Shown here: positions 28,926 through 38,725 of the stretch, piece by piece | How the letters are laid out: the number at the start of each line of letters is the position of its first letter | Position numbering within the stretch: the first letter of the stretch is position 1 | Source of the DNA: a virus | Taxonomy: Duplodnaviria; Caudoviricetes | Reading direction: 5' to 3' (one strand) | Virus record (IMG/VR): IMGVR_UViG_3300045911_000150 | Span: 1-57,615 of that record | DNA: 57,615 nt | Program-made: the position numbers and the translations under genes | The notes under the pieces: generated by a model | Databases searched by the model: none | What the model was told of the DNA's origin: nothing | The model's input: the letters and a program-made list of their open reading frames with translations, nothing else

Positions 28926-29010
28926 TTGCCCGACGGCGTTGCCCTGACCGGCGACGTGAGGTAGTGTAGCCGTGCGAGCAGGAGGCAGGCATGTCGCTGG
29001 GGTGGGCACA

Positions 29011-30897
29011 ATGAGCAGGTTTGCGACCGCAGCGGCGCTGATCGGCGGAGGACCGTTCCCGCAGGATCCGACGCCGTTCGTGTCCTATGCGCTGCAGTTC
29101 GTCGGCGCGCTGCAGGACGCTGCCACGAACCTGAACCCGCCTCAGATCGCGGTCAGCCAGATTCAGACTCCGCCGGTCCCGCAGTTCTACAACGTCAACC
29201 GCCCGACGCTGCAGCCGATCACCTTCTCGCTGCCGCCGATCCCGACCGAGTTCACCGGCCAGTTGAACGTGGACGGCCTGCTGCCGGCGCCCTTCGATGC
29301 GAGCCCGCCGACGCTGGTGCTGGGCGCTGTGCCGACCGCCGAGTTCGACCCGCTGCCCACGGCGCCGGGGGTGGACCTGTCGTTCGTGATGCCCGAGCTG
29401 GACCTGAGCCTGCCGACCGCGCCGGAACTTCTCAGCATCTCGGTGTCTACCTTCAACGGCATCTCGCTGCCCGCCCCGCCCGGGCCTGGCGATGAGCCGG
29501 TGCTGAACATCGTGGCGCCGACGATCCGCGAGTACGTGCCGGGTACCCAATACAGCTCGGCTCTGCTGACCGCGCTGGAGGGCGAGCTGCTGCGGCGAAT
29601 CACCGACGGCGGCACGATGCTCAACCCGGCCGTCGAGGGTGCCATCTGGGATCGCGGCCGGGAGCGCGAGGCCGAGACGCTGCGGGTCAAGCTGGACGAC
29701 CTGGAGCGGATGGAATCGCTCGGCTACGCCCTGCCCAGCGGCGTCTGGCTGGACGCGCGGCTGAAGATCCAGACCGAGCATGCCGCTGCCAGCCGGGGGC
29801 TGTCGCGCGAGATCATGGTCGAGCAGGCGAAGCTGGAGCTGGAAGGCGTCAGGCAGGCGCTGGAGATTGCCCAGCGCGTCGAAGCCCAGAACATGCAGAT
29901 TGCCAACCAGATCGAGCAGCGGGCCTTCGAGGCCGCGCGCTACGCCACCGAGGCCGGGGTGGCCATCTACAACGCTCGGGTGCAGGCTTTCGGCGCCTTC
30001 GTCGATGTCTACCGGGCCAAGGTGCAGGCCTACGAGGCGCGCATCCGTGGCGAGCTGGCGCGCGTCGAGGCGTACAAGCTGGAGATCGACGCCGAGCGGC
30101 TCAAGGTCCAGGTCAACCAGTCGCGGGTCGAGCAGTTCAAGGTGCTGACCGACGCGGCGCTGGCCGCGATCGAGGTCTACAAGGCCGAGATCGGCGGCAT
30201 TCAGGCCCGGGCCGAGATCGAGAAGCTGCGAGTGCAGATTTTCGGCGAGCAGGTGCGCGGCTACTCCGCGCAGGTCAACGCCTACACCGCCAGTGTCGAA
30301 GCGTTCCGGGCGGCCACGCAGGCCGAGGTGGCGCGGCAGGAAGTTTACCGGTCCACGGTGCAGGCCTACAGTGCCCGGGTGGACGCTGGCGGCAAGCTGG
30401 TCAACGCGCGGGTCACCGAGTTCGAGGCGCGGGCGCGGGCCAAAGAGAACGAGTGGCGGGCCTACCAGGCGCGTGCAGGCGCCGAGAGCGACCGGGTGCG
30501 GGCGCTGGCAGGGATCAACGAGGCGGTGGCCCGGGTCTACGCGGCCGAGGCCGGTGCAGCGGCGTCCTACAATGAGGTGCTGGCTCGCCAGTGGCAGGCC
30601 GCTACCCAGCTGTCGATCAACCTGGCCAATGTGTCGCTGGAGCAGGCCAAGGCCAACGCGCAGCTTTACATGCTGCAGCAAAGCATGATCATGGATGCGG
30701 CGAAGGTGGGGGCCACGGTGTCTGCTCAGATGGGTGCGGCGGCGCTGTCGGCCAACAGCTTCTCGACATCGTTCTCGAACAGCCGCTCGGTCTCGGCCAA
30801 CATGAGCGAGACCTACTCGACGAGCACCAGCAAAAGCGAGAGCAAAAGCGACAGCTACTCGCGTTCGTTCAGCGAAGTCAAATCTCTCAACGTGTAA
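29011..30897 (+). CDS. Putative ejection/tail protein (Pro-rich N-terminus, long coiled coil, Ser-rich tail)
   Basis: 628 aa; strong codon bias. Confidence 0.65.
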   Translation: MSRFATAAALIGGGPFPQDPTPFVSYALQFVGALQDAATNLNPPQIAVSQIQTPPVPQFYNVNRPTLQPITFSLPPIPTEFTGQLNVDGLLPAPFDASPPTLVLGAVPTAEFDPLPTAPGVDLSFVMPELDLSLPTAPELLSISVSTFNGISLPAPPGPGDEPVLNIVAPTIREYVPGTQYSSALLTALEGELLRRITDGGTMLNPAVEGAIWDRGREREAETLRVKLDDLERMESLGYALPSGVWLDARLKIQTEHAAASRGLSREIMVEQAKLELEGVRQALEIAQRVEAQNMQIANQIEQRAFEAARYATEAGVAIYNARVQAFGAFVDVYRAKVQAYEARIRGELARVEAYKLEIDAERLKVQVNQSRVEQFKVLTDAALAAIEVYKAEIGGIQARAEIEKLRVQIFGEQVRGYSAQVNAYTASVEAFRAATQAEVARQEVYRSTVQAYSARVDAGGKLVNARVTEFEARARAKENEWRAYQARAGAESDRVRALAGINEAVARVYAAEAGAAASYNEVLARQWQAATQLSINLANVSLEQAKANAQLYMLQQSMIMDAAKVGATVSAQMGAAALSANSFSTSFSNSRSVSANMSETYSTSTSKSESKSDSYSRSFSEVKSLNV

Positions 30898-30910
30898 GGA
30901 GGGCACCAGG

Positions 30911-31522
30911 ATGAGCATCAACTGGTCGGGGTTGGCTGCACAGAAATACGCCATCATGGAGCAGCAGGCGCGCGCCGGGATGATCTCGGCGCAGGCGCAG
31001 CAGCGCAACGCCGCGACATCGGCCTCGCTGGCCCCGGCCTCGATCGCGGACACCGAGGCGCAGGCTGCGCTGCGGCGCATGCAGGCCGAGCAGATGCCGC
31101 TGGACAGCGCGGCTCAGCGCGAGCTGCAGCAGGCGCAGGCGGGCCTGACGCGGGCCAACACGCAGCTCGTCGGCGAGCAGGCCATCACGGAGGGGATGCG
31201 GGACAACGTCAGGGCCTTCCTGGGCGCGTTCGACCTGTCGCGAGGCACCAACCTGCTGGACGCTCTCAAGTCGACCCAGCCGGCTGCTCCAATGCTCGGT
31301 GCGCCGGAGCCCGAGCCCCCCTTGGTCAGGCGTGGTGGGCGGCTCGGTCTCGCCGCCGGGACGGCGCGGGTGCCCGGCAAGGGGTCGCCGAAGAAGGACA
31401 CGGTTCCGGCCAAGCTGGCGCCCGGCGAAGCGGTGCTGAACGCTGCTGCGGCCGAGAACCTGGGACGGGGGCTGATCGCTGCACTGAACGCCCAGGGCGC
31501 ACAGCAGCTGGGCCTGATCTGA
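30911..31522 (+). CDS. Putative internal virion protein
   Basis: AAGGAGG RBS; A/Q-rich; C-terminal VPG.G....DTVPA.L.PGE.VLN motif. Confidence 0.65.
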   Translation: MSINWSGLAAQKYAIMEQQARAGMISAQAQQRNAATSASLAPASIADTEAQAALRRMQAEQMPLDSAAQRELQQAQAGLTRANTQLVGEQAITEGMRDNVRAFLGAFDLSRGTNLLDALKSTQPAAPMLGAPEPEPPLVRRGGRLGLAAGTARVPGKGSPKKDTVPAKLAPGEAVLNAAAAENLGRGLIAALNAQGAQQLGLI

Positions 31523-31535
31523 CGACTCCTCCCTG

Positions 31536-34505
31536 TCAGGTCACGGCTCTGGTCGCTCCCTTCACTGGCGCGGTCGCTGTCTGGCTGTCCCCCACAACGG
31601 ACAGATTGACCGCGCCAGTGATCTCCGGGTGCTTCATGTCGAGCAGGAAGCACCGGGACTGCATCTTCGCATACTCGGTGCCGCGCCCCATGATCACCCG
31701 CGCGTGGGGGTCCAGCACCATCCGCATCGCACGGCCGTCGGGCAGGTAGGTGATGTGCTGCAGCTCGCTGAGGATCTTGGTGAGGTCCGCGCCGACCTTG
31801 CTGCAGTAATCCTTGAACCCCTTCTTGGACACGGCGAGCACCTTGGTCTCCCAGTCGAAGTGACCTGCCACGGGGCCGGTCGGGCCGCGCATGACGTAGG
31901 GGCCGCTCGCCCCCCGGCCGGTGATCAGAATCTGGCCCGAGACCAGCTCCAGATAGTCCGCGAGGATGCTGGCGGAACTGCCGTACTCCGCCACGATGAC
32001 GCCCCGCATGGAGGACATCAGGTCGGTCACAGCCCACTGGTGCAGCATCCGCATGTCGTAGGCGATCAGCCGCAGCTCCTGGGCGATCTCGCCAGCGACC
32101 AGCACGGCGGCGATCCCGGCGGACCAGAACCGCTCGGCGGCCTGCACAGCCACCTCCTTGTCGATCTGCTTCATCTTGTTCCGTACCCGCGCGATCACCG
32201 CGTCGTAGTGGGTCACGACGTGGGCGATGAACAACTCGCCAACATGGCCATAGTTCTCGCGCAGGGCGTACAGGTAGTCGTCCGCCTCGTGCTTCTGGTG
32301 GGCGTTCCCGGGCCGCATCCGCAGCTCGATCACCCGCATCGACCCGGCCGTGCCTGCGGCGTTCTCGTGGGACAGCAGGCTGTGCAGCGAGTTGTTCGCC
32401 GTGCAGATCATGATGGTCGACTTCTCGCCGCCGCCCGGACGGCGCTCCTTGCCATCGCGGGTGAGCCCGACGCGCCCCTCGGGCTGGGTCACGTTCATCA
32501 CCAGCTCCTGGGCGTCCCGAGGGTGCATCGTGGTGATCTCGTCCACGCAGACCGGAAGGCTGCCCATGGTGACCATGCGTTGCGCACGGGCCTTCTGCGT
32601 GGCGCCGTGGTTGGTCCCGTTCAGGGGGAACTTGGTCGGGTGCGCCCAGAGCGAGGCCGCTGTGTAGAGGCTGGTGGACTTTGATGCGCCGGGCTCGCCG
32701 GTCGCGTTGACCACCACCCCGTGGTGGCCGGTCATGTGGAACAGCGGTGCCGCGAGCGAGGCGAGCACGAGGAACTGGTGGGCCTGGTACTGCGGGTGCT
32801 GGTAGAACCGCAGCAGCTCGACCTGACGCTCCAGCGTCCCGGCCTTGGAGATGCTGTGCGACGAGCTCTCGGCGTGCTGGGTCAGCTGCGCCGGGATGAC
32901 CTTGCCGTCGCGGGTGAAGGATCGCGCGGGGAGCACGAACCGGGTGAAGTCGTCGTGCCACCCCAGGGTATTGTGGCTGGGGTCAGCCGCCTGCTGCTTC
33001 TGCAGCTCCGAGATGTACGCGGACATGTATTCCTGAATCTCCTTGACATGTGCTGGTCTAGGATAGACGCCGTTGTTGGACAGCTGAGATGCGAGCACGT
33101 CGCCGCGATACAAGGAGGCGGCGTCGATCACGAAGTCCTTGACCTCGCCCCGGGGCAAGTGGACGCGCCACATCTGCTGCTCGATCCCGCGGTCGGCGTC
33201 CACGATCCGCCGGATGGGATACAGGTCATGGCTGTAGATCACCATTGTGACTTCGTCGCCGTCCCGGTTCGTGTGGATCATGCCGACCCCGCCCGACTTC
33301 AGCCGGATGAACGGCGGGGGCGGGTCGGGCAGCTGAACGACTTCCTCGACCAGTGCCTCGACCGGCAGCACAGGCGCAGGCGCCGGGTCCTTGAGCCGCG
33401 CAGCGGCCAGCGGCGACTTGATCCTCCCAGCATGTGGGCAGGTATCGCATATGGCGTTGCCGCACCGCTCGGCGATCACGGCGCAGGTCGTGGGCCCCAC
33501 ATCGCGGTCTTTCAGATGCGCCAGCTTTCTGTCAGTTTCCTCGCGGGTGTAGTTGGGGTGCCCGGCGGACAGCTTGTGGCACCACTCCTCGCCGTCCTCG
33601 ACGTGCCGGATCAGCTGCAGCATGGCGTACCAGGCAGGCTCGGTCACGTTGCCGAGGGCCTTGGCGAACGCCCTGACCTGCCCGCACACCCGACCCAAGG
33701 CCTTCAGGCTCACCGGAGGGCCGTCGTAGACGCGGTCCAGGTTGCTGCCCAGCTCCTCACTGCCCGGCGGCGGTGCGGCCACAGGGCGGCTCTCCAGCGC
33801 CTCTGACGGGGCGCCCACGAGGATCAGGCCGGTCTGCAAGTGCTGAGCCATCGCCTCGGGCGTGAGCGGCTCCGAGGGGCGCAGAACCTTGACGGGCTTC
33901 GGGTTCTCTCGGTCCTTCAGGTTGAAGGTGCCCGCAACGCGCAGCACCGAGGCGGTGTCGGTCGTCCGCATAGGGTCGACCCGTAGCATGTGGGCGTTGG
34001 CCAGGCGCTTGAGGCGTGTCGCCAGCTGCCGCCAGTCGTCCGAGGGAATGCTCTCGGTCAGCCGCCAGTAAGCGTGGATGCCGCGCCCGGACGACACCAG
34101 CATGGGTGGGGGTAGGCGAGTCTCGGCAGTGAACCTGTCCAGCGCCTCGATCGCGGTGGCCTGGTCGGGATACTTGTCCTCGTCCGGGCCGATGTCGAGG
34201 TCGAAGAACAGGCAGCGCGCGGCACGCATGTTGCGCTGGGTGCGCACCTCGTAGGCGCCCAGGGTGCCTGTCTTGCGATCCGGCTTGCGGGGATTCCAGA
34301 CGCGCGGCTCGCGCAGGGCGTGGACGCAGAAGAAGATGTCGGTCTGCGCGCGAGCCCGCTGGGCGAACGCGGCAGCCTCGGCGATGGTATCGAAGACCTT
34401 GTGCGCATAGACCGTGGTCGTCGTGCCGGGAATCTGAAACGGTATCGCCAGCGCGTATGGGCCTGATTCAGGCCAGACGGCCCGCAAGAAGTCGGCAGAT
34501 GTCAT
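31536..34505 (-). CDS. AEP-type primase fused to a DUF927/Cch-type helicase
   Basis: FFDLD and SSGRGIHAYW AEP motifs; Cys cluster; LGWH; Walker A-like GEPGASKST; Walker B CVDEIT. Confidence 0.85.
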   Translation of the reverse strand: MTSADFLRAVWPESGPYALAIPFQIPGTTTTVYAHKVFDTIAEAAAFAQRARAQTDIFFCVHALREPRVWNPRKPDRKTGTLGAYEVRTQRNMRAARCLFFDLDIGPDEDKYPDQATAIEALDRFTAETRLPPPMLVSSGRGIHAYWRLTESIPSDDWRQLATRLKRLANAHMLRVDPMRTTDTASVLRVAGTFNLKDRENPKPVKVLRPSEPLTPEAMAQHLQTGLILVGAPSEALESRPVAAPPPGSEELGSNLDRVYDGPPVSLKALGRVCGQVRAFAKALGNVTEPAWYAMLQLIRHVEDGEEWCHKLSAGHPNYTREETDRKLAHLKDRDVGPTTCAVIAERCGNAICDTCPHAGRIKSPLAAARLKDPAPAPVLPVEALVEEVVQLPDPPPPFIRLKSGGVGMIHTNRDGDEVTMVIYSHDLYPIRRIVDADRGIEQQMWRVHLPRGEVKDFVIDAASLYRGDVLASQLSNNGVYPRPAHVKEIQEYMSAYISELQKQQAADPSHNTLGWHDDFTRFVLPARSFTRDGKVIPAQLTQHAESSSHSISKAGTLERQVELLRFYQHPQYQAHQFLVLASLAAPLFHMTGHHGVVVNATGEPGASKSTSLYTAASLWAHPTKFPLNGTNHGATQKARAQRMVTMGSLPVCVDEITTMHPRDAQELVMNVTQPEGRVGLTRDGKERRPGGGEKSTIMICTANNSLHSLLSHENAAGTAGSMRVIELRMRPGNAHQKHEADDYLYALRENYGHVGELFIAHVVTHYDAVIARVRNKMKQIDKEVAVQAAERFWSAGIAAVLVAGEIAQELRLIAYDMRMLHQWAVTDLMSSMRGVIVAEYGSSASILADYLELVSGQILITGRGASGPYVMRGPTGPVAGHFDWETKVLAVSKKGFKDYCSKVGADLTKILSELQHITYLPDGRAMRMVLDPHARVIMGRGTEYAKMQSRCFLLDMKHPEITGAVNLSVVGDSQTATAPVKGATRAVT

Positions 34506-34531
34506 GCGCGCACCCGGCAAGAATGTGAGGG

Positions 34532-34559
34532 TGCGCCCCCTGCAGGTGCGGGGGGCGCA
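34532..34559 (-). terminator. GC-rich hairpin between the SSB-like and primase genes
   Basis: TGCGCCCCC...GGGGGCGCA inverted repeat; weak U-tract. Confidence 0.45.
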
Positions 34560-34565
34560 GCGATG

Positions 34566-35699
34566 TCAATCGTCCCAGTCGCTCAGGAGCTCCTTCAGGT
34601 CGGCAGGGATCTCCGGGTCCACCGCCACAGGCGCCGCCGGGCGCGCGGGTGCAGCGCGGGGCGGTGCGATCACCTCGTCATCGTCGTCCATGATGATCGC
34701 AGCCGAGGGCTTGGAGGCCTTCGCCTTCGCCTCGGCTTCGGCCTTGGCAGCGGCAGCGGCAGCTTCGGCCTCGGCTTTCGCCTTCGCCTTGGCGGCCTTG
34801 GCGGCCTTGGCGTCGGCTGCCCGCTTCGCCTCGGCCTGCAGCGCAGCTTCCGCCTCGGCATCGACCCTGGCCTTCGCCTTGGCAGCAGCGATGGCCGCGC
34901 CGTCGTCATCCGCTTCGGTGGCGATCGGGATGCCGTTCACACCGGCGGGCGTCCAGGTCCCGGCGAGCAGCTTGGTGACCGCCTCGGACTTCACCACCGG
35001 CGTGATGAAGCTCACCTCGTCGGGGGTGAGGAACCGATCCGGCGAGAAGACGACCTTCGGGTACGCCACGCTCGGATCGAACTTCATCTTGGTCACGACC
35101 ATGGCGCTGTGGTTGACGCCCCGCGCCTTGAGGAAGTCGCGGTACTGCTGGAACGCGAACCACTGAGGATCGTCCAGCTCCTTGTCGTAGTCGCTGGTCA
35201 CCGGGATCTTCATCCGCAGAGGCTCCATGTCCATCTTGTGGGCAGGAACCACGGCCATGATCCGGTGCTGCGAGCAGGCCGCCACGGCCTTGCCCTGCTC
35301 CGAGACTTTCGACCCTTTCACGGCCAGCGGGCACTCGGCGCAGGTGCGGCTCTGCGGCTCGGCGATCGAGGGGTGCGGCTTGTCCCCGTCATCCGACCAG
35401 CAGGTGGGCTGGGAGGCCTTGGCCGGGTCGTAGGCGCCCGGGTAGTAGGACCGGCCCCGGCGCGGGTTGAACCCGAGGATCACGGCGCGCATGACCGAGA
35501 CAGGGATTTCGTCCCCGTCGGCGTCGCGCTTCATCAGCGGCACCTTCTCGCCGTTCAGCGAGATGGTCCAGACCTTTCCCTCGAACGAGAGGGACGGGGT
35601 CGTCTGCTTGTCGGGGATGTTCCCCTCGTCGTTCAGGTCGCGCAGATAGTCCGGGATCGCGACGGTCTTGGCGTCGAACAGGGTCAAGGCGGTGCTCAT
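34566..35699 (-). CDS. Putative ssDNA-binding/annealing protein
   Basis: AAGGAG RBS; CWS.DG..P and CAECP...GS...AC motifs; acidic C-terminus (LLSDWDD). Confidence 0.6.
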   Translation of the reverse strand: MSTALTLFDAKTVAIPDYLRDLNDEGNIPDKQTTPSLSFEGKVWTISLNGEKVPLMKRDADGDEIPVSVMRAVILGFNPRRGRSYYPGAYDPAKASQPTCWSDDGDKPHPSIAEPQSRTCAECPLAVKGSKVSEQGKAVAACSQHRIMAVVPAHKMDMEPLRMKIPVTSDYDKELDDPQWFAFQQYRDFLKARGVNHSAMVVTKMKFDPSVAYPKVVFSPDRFLTPDEVSFITPVVKSEAVTKLLAGTWTPAGVNGIPIATEADDDGAAIAAAKAKARVDAEAEAALQAEAKRAADAKAAKAAKAKAKAEAEAAAAAAKAEAEAKAKASKPSAAIIMDDDDEVIAPPRAAPARPAAPVAVDPEIPADLKELLSDWDD

Positions 35700-35713
35700 G
35701 TGTACTCCTTGGG

Positions 35714-36112
35714 CTAGGTTTCGGTCGCGTCCGAGCGGCGAACCCGGACCACGTATTTGCTGAAGACGTTGACTCCCGGGGGCAGGGCGCCCTCGTTGGC
35801 CTCCATGTATTGCGTGATGAAGGTTTTCTTGATCCGGCGCTCAAGCGCGTCGAAAGCGTCGTTCTGTTTGATCCAGTCGTAGAAGGCCCCCCAGTCAGCC
35901 GCCGAGGGTATGACATCTTTCTGGCGATAGAAAGTGCCGTGGTCGGTGCCGACCTGCGTGGCCTGAACCGACTCCAGATGCTGTAGCAGAAACGCTTCGA
36001 TGCGCTCCATCTTGGCTTTGAGGTCTGCGTCCTCGGCCTCGAAGGCGCGCTTCTTCTCCGCGCGCTTATCCCGAATCTTGACATAGGTCGCGACGACCTT
36101 GTTCAAGTCCAT
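35714..36112 (-). CDS. Conserved replication-region protein (coiled coil plus DW..FY.WI...LPPGV)
   Basis: AGGAGG RBS; putative promoter upstream. Confidence 0.75.
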   Translation of the reverse strand: MDLNKVVATYVKIRDKRAEKKRAFEAEDADLKAKMERIEAFLLQHLESVQATQVGTDHGTFYRQKDVIPSAADWGAFYDWIKQNDAFDALERRIKKTFITQYMEANEGALPPGVNVFSKYVVRVRRSDATET

Positions 36113-36146
36113 GTGGCACCCTCCTGTGTGTAGCCGTGATGTATTG

Positions 36147-36175
36147 TATGTATCAGATGTAAGTCATGGTGTCAA
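36147..36175 (-). promoter_or_regulatory. Putative sigma70 promoter TTGACA-N17-TACATA
   Basis: Perfect -35 in an AT-rich gap. Confidence 0.5.
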
Positions 36176-36177
36176 GG

Positions 36178-37749
36178 TCAGGCCGTGATCTGCTTAAACA
36201 GCTCCAGGATAGTCTCCTGTGTCAGTCTCTTAGTGTCCACCATCTTGTAGATTTGCCACTCGACGGGGTGGATTCCGATCCGCAGGACCGTCATCTTGCG
36301 GGTCTGGCCCGTGCGGTTGAACCGCTCGATGACCTGCAGGTATTCGTCATTGGAGTAGATCGGGCCGTAGAAGATCAGGGTGTCTGCCTCGGTGAGGTTC
36401 AGGCCGTGCGACATGACCTTGGGATGGCAGAGAAGAACGTGGGGGTCGGGCTGGGTCTTGAAGTCGTGGACGATCTGGTCCCGCCGCTTCGGGGAGACAT
36501 CCCCGTTCAGCAGGCCGACCGACCATGTGGTGCTCAGCTCGCGCTCCAGCGCCTGAATGATGCCCTTGAAGGGCACAACCACGATGACCTTGGCCGAGGC
36601 TTGCTCGATGCACTCCTTGAGCACGGATAGTCGCCCGCTATGCGGGATGTCGATATAGTCCCCGGTCAGCGGGTCCTTGATCGACCCGCACAGGATCTGC
36701 CGAATCTTGTTGATCTTGTCGGCCGCGTTGGCCGCCGAGATCACCGTGGTCGCTGCCTCGGCGCGCATGTGGCCGCGCATCTCCAGGAACGCCTTGCGCT
36801 GCTCGGGCGTGATCTCGGCCTGCCGGTCCCGCACGGTTACCGGCGGCAGGTCGAGGCAGTCAGCCTTGCGGAACCGCACCGCCGGCCACAAGGCCTTGTA
36901 CGCGGTGTCGTAGGCATCGTGGCGCGGCGCCCACTTGAAGGTGCTGACCTTGACCATGGTCATGCGCTCGAACACCCCGTAATACTCTGGAACACGTTGT
37001 GGACTGACCAGCCGCGCAAGCGCCCAGGCGTCGGTCGGTGCGTTCGGGCACGGCGTGCCGGTCAGCAGCCACAGCCGCTGGTCCGGGCGGATCAGCTTCT
37101 TCAGGGCCTTGTACTTCTTGGTCTGGTGGTTGCGGAACATCGACGCCTCGTCGATCACCACCAGGTCGATCTCGGGGTTCTTGCGCAGCGCCTCGGTCAC
37201 GGCGGAAATCATCACCCCGTCGTGGTTGAGGATGTAGATGTCGGCCGGCTTCTCCAGCGCGGCGAGACGCTTCTCCTTCGGCCCGTAGACCACGGACACC
37301 GGGCGGTGCATCAGCACGTCGAAACAGTCGCTCTGCCACACCCGCACCATCGTGGACAGCGGCGTCAGGATCAGCGCCTTGCGCACCCGGCCGGTCTTGA
37401 TCAGCCAGTCGATGGCCCAGAGGGTCGCAGCGGTCTTGCCGGTCCCCATCTCGGACAGGTTGAAGCACCGGCGATGGAGGGTCAGAAACTCCGCCATGAC
37501 CTTCTGGTGCTCGAATGGCTGGTAGCGCCCTGGCCACGTGTAGTCCGTCAGGATCGGCGCGGGCACGTCGATGCCGAGATTGCGCAACACCTTGACGCTT
37601 TCCAGCGTGTGCTGGGTGGCCAGGTTGAATTGGTCCCCCGGCAACAGCTTGGAGCGCGGTAGCAGCTCGCGCAGACCGAGCGGGTCCTGCGCCTTGAGCA
37701 GCACGCTGCCCGTGCCGCGGTGGACAACAGCGGTCGCAGCCTGCATCAC
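36178..37749 (-). CDS. SNF2-family (SF2) helicase
   Basis: EMGTGKT, VIDEAS, LTGTP, HGLNLT, Q..ERFNRTGQ. Confidence 0.92.
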   Translation of the reverse strand: MMQAATAVVHRGTGSVLLKAQDPLGLRELLPRSKLLPGDQFNLATQHTLESVKVLRNLGIDVPAPILTDYTWPGRYQPFEHQKVMAEFLTLHRRCFNLSEMGTGKTAATLWAIDWLIKTGRVRKALILTPLSTMVRVWQSDCFDVLMHRPVSVVYGPKEKRLAALEKPADIYILNHDGVMISAVTEALRKNPEIDLVVIDEASMFRNHQTKKYKALKKLIRPDQRLWLLTGTPCPNAPTDAWALARLVSPQRVPEYYGVFERMTMVKVSTFKWAPRHDAYDTAYKALWPAVRFRKADCLDLPPVTVRDRQAEITPEQRKAFLEMRGHMRAEAATTVISAANAADKINKIRQILCGSIKDPLTGDYIDIPHSGRLSVLKECIEQASAKVIVVVPFKGIIQALERELSTTWSVGLLNGDVSPKRRDQIVHDFKTQPDPHVLLCHPKVMSHGLNLTEADTLIFYGPIYSNDEYLQVIERFNRTGQTRKMTVLRIGIHPVEWQIYKMVDTKRLTQETILELFKQITA

Positions 37750-38153
37750 TTGCGGCCTTCCACGATTGCCTCGGTCAGCAGGCGGATAGCATCCAGCATC
37801 GCAGCGCCGTCGGAGGCCTGCACCTTCTGCCCGTCGCTGACCGTGGCCGCAGCAGCGTCGAAGGCCGTCAGGAACGCAGCGAATACGGGCAGGGTCGTCT
37901 CGGTCACCACCAGGCCGAACCCGTCCTCGGCCGCGACGGACTCAAGGAACGCGCGCTGCAGCTGGGACGGCTTGTTCTTGCCGAACTTGGTCTCGACAGC
38001 CATGAACACCCCGTCGCGAAGCGCGAGGAAGTCGGCCACGCCCTGGGCGCCAAACCCGTTGGCGCCGGGCATCCACCAGAACCACTTGTGTCGGGTCAGC
38101 AGCTTCTTGACCTCGGCCTTCACGTCTTTTTCGGTAGTGAGTGTGCGGGGCAT
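37746..38153 (-). CDS. VRR-NUC domain nuclease (Holliday junction resolvase-like)
   Basis: EKDVK...GVADF...AVETK...PSQLQ. Confidence 0.8.
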   Translation of the reverse strand: MPRTLTTEKDVKAEVKKLLTRHKWFWWMPGANGFGAQGVADFLALRDGVFMAVETKFGKNKPSQLQRAFLESVAAEDGFGLVVTETTLPVFAAFLTAFDAAAATVSDGQKVQASDGAAMLDAIRLLTEAIVEGRK

Positions 38154-38155
38154 GG

Positions 38156-38725
38156 CTATTTCTTCTCGAAGATGGTGACCACACGAAACCGGTGGTTGGT
38201 GGACTTCACAACTGCGATGTAGGCGATGACAGCCCACTGATCCTTGCGATACATCGGTAGCACCTGATCCAGCCACACTACGTGCGTCCCGGGTCGCGAG
38301 CGGCTGCCCAGTGCCTGCATGACCTTGTTCCGCTTGATCATGGTTGTCTGGTAGTGCTCGGCGTCTTCGACCGAATAGGGCGGGTCTGCGAGGATCAAGT
38401 CGTAGCTCTCGACCGGAACCTTCTCCAGCGACTGGGCATCATCGACGTAGGTGGGGTTCAGGTCCGGCGAGATGTCCACCGTATCTCCGGGCAGGTCCGA
38501 CTGGTCGACGCGACCGCTGAAGATATGGAGCACACGCTGCTTCTCAGGAAACAGCGCGCGGACCCGGCGCAGATAGGTGGCCGGATAGCCGCCATAGTAT
38601 CCACTCTTGACGCGGTAGTCGTTCCCCATGATCCACGTGCCGTAGATCACGTCGCCTAGCGTCCAGAGCGCCGGAGGAAACCCCGTCTGCGCGGCGTAGG
38701 CCGCGATGCGTTCGGAGGGCAGCAT
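38156..38725 (-). CDS. Small amino-methyltransferase-like protein (DPPY)
   Basis: VLHIFSG (motif I-like), YDLILADPPY. Confidence 0.7.
   Translation of the reverse strand: MLPSERIAAYAAQTGFPPALWTLGDVIYGTWIMGNDYRVKSGYYGGYPATYLRRVRALFPEKQRVLHIFSGRVDQSDLPGDTVDISPDLNPTYVDDAQSLEKVPVESYDLILADPPYSVEDAEHYQTTMIKRNKVMQALGSRSRPGTHVVWLDQVLPMYRKDQWAVIAYIAVVKSTNHRFRVVTIFEKK

Noticed and set aside
2684-31080. Many long antisense or alternate-frame ORFs (e.g. 2684-4234, 4695-6368, 14906-17260, 28747-31080)
   Set aside because: Shadow ORFs expected in GC-rich DNA opposite genes with clear motifs
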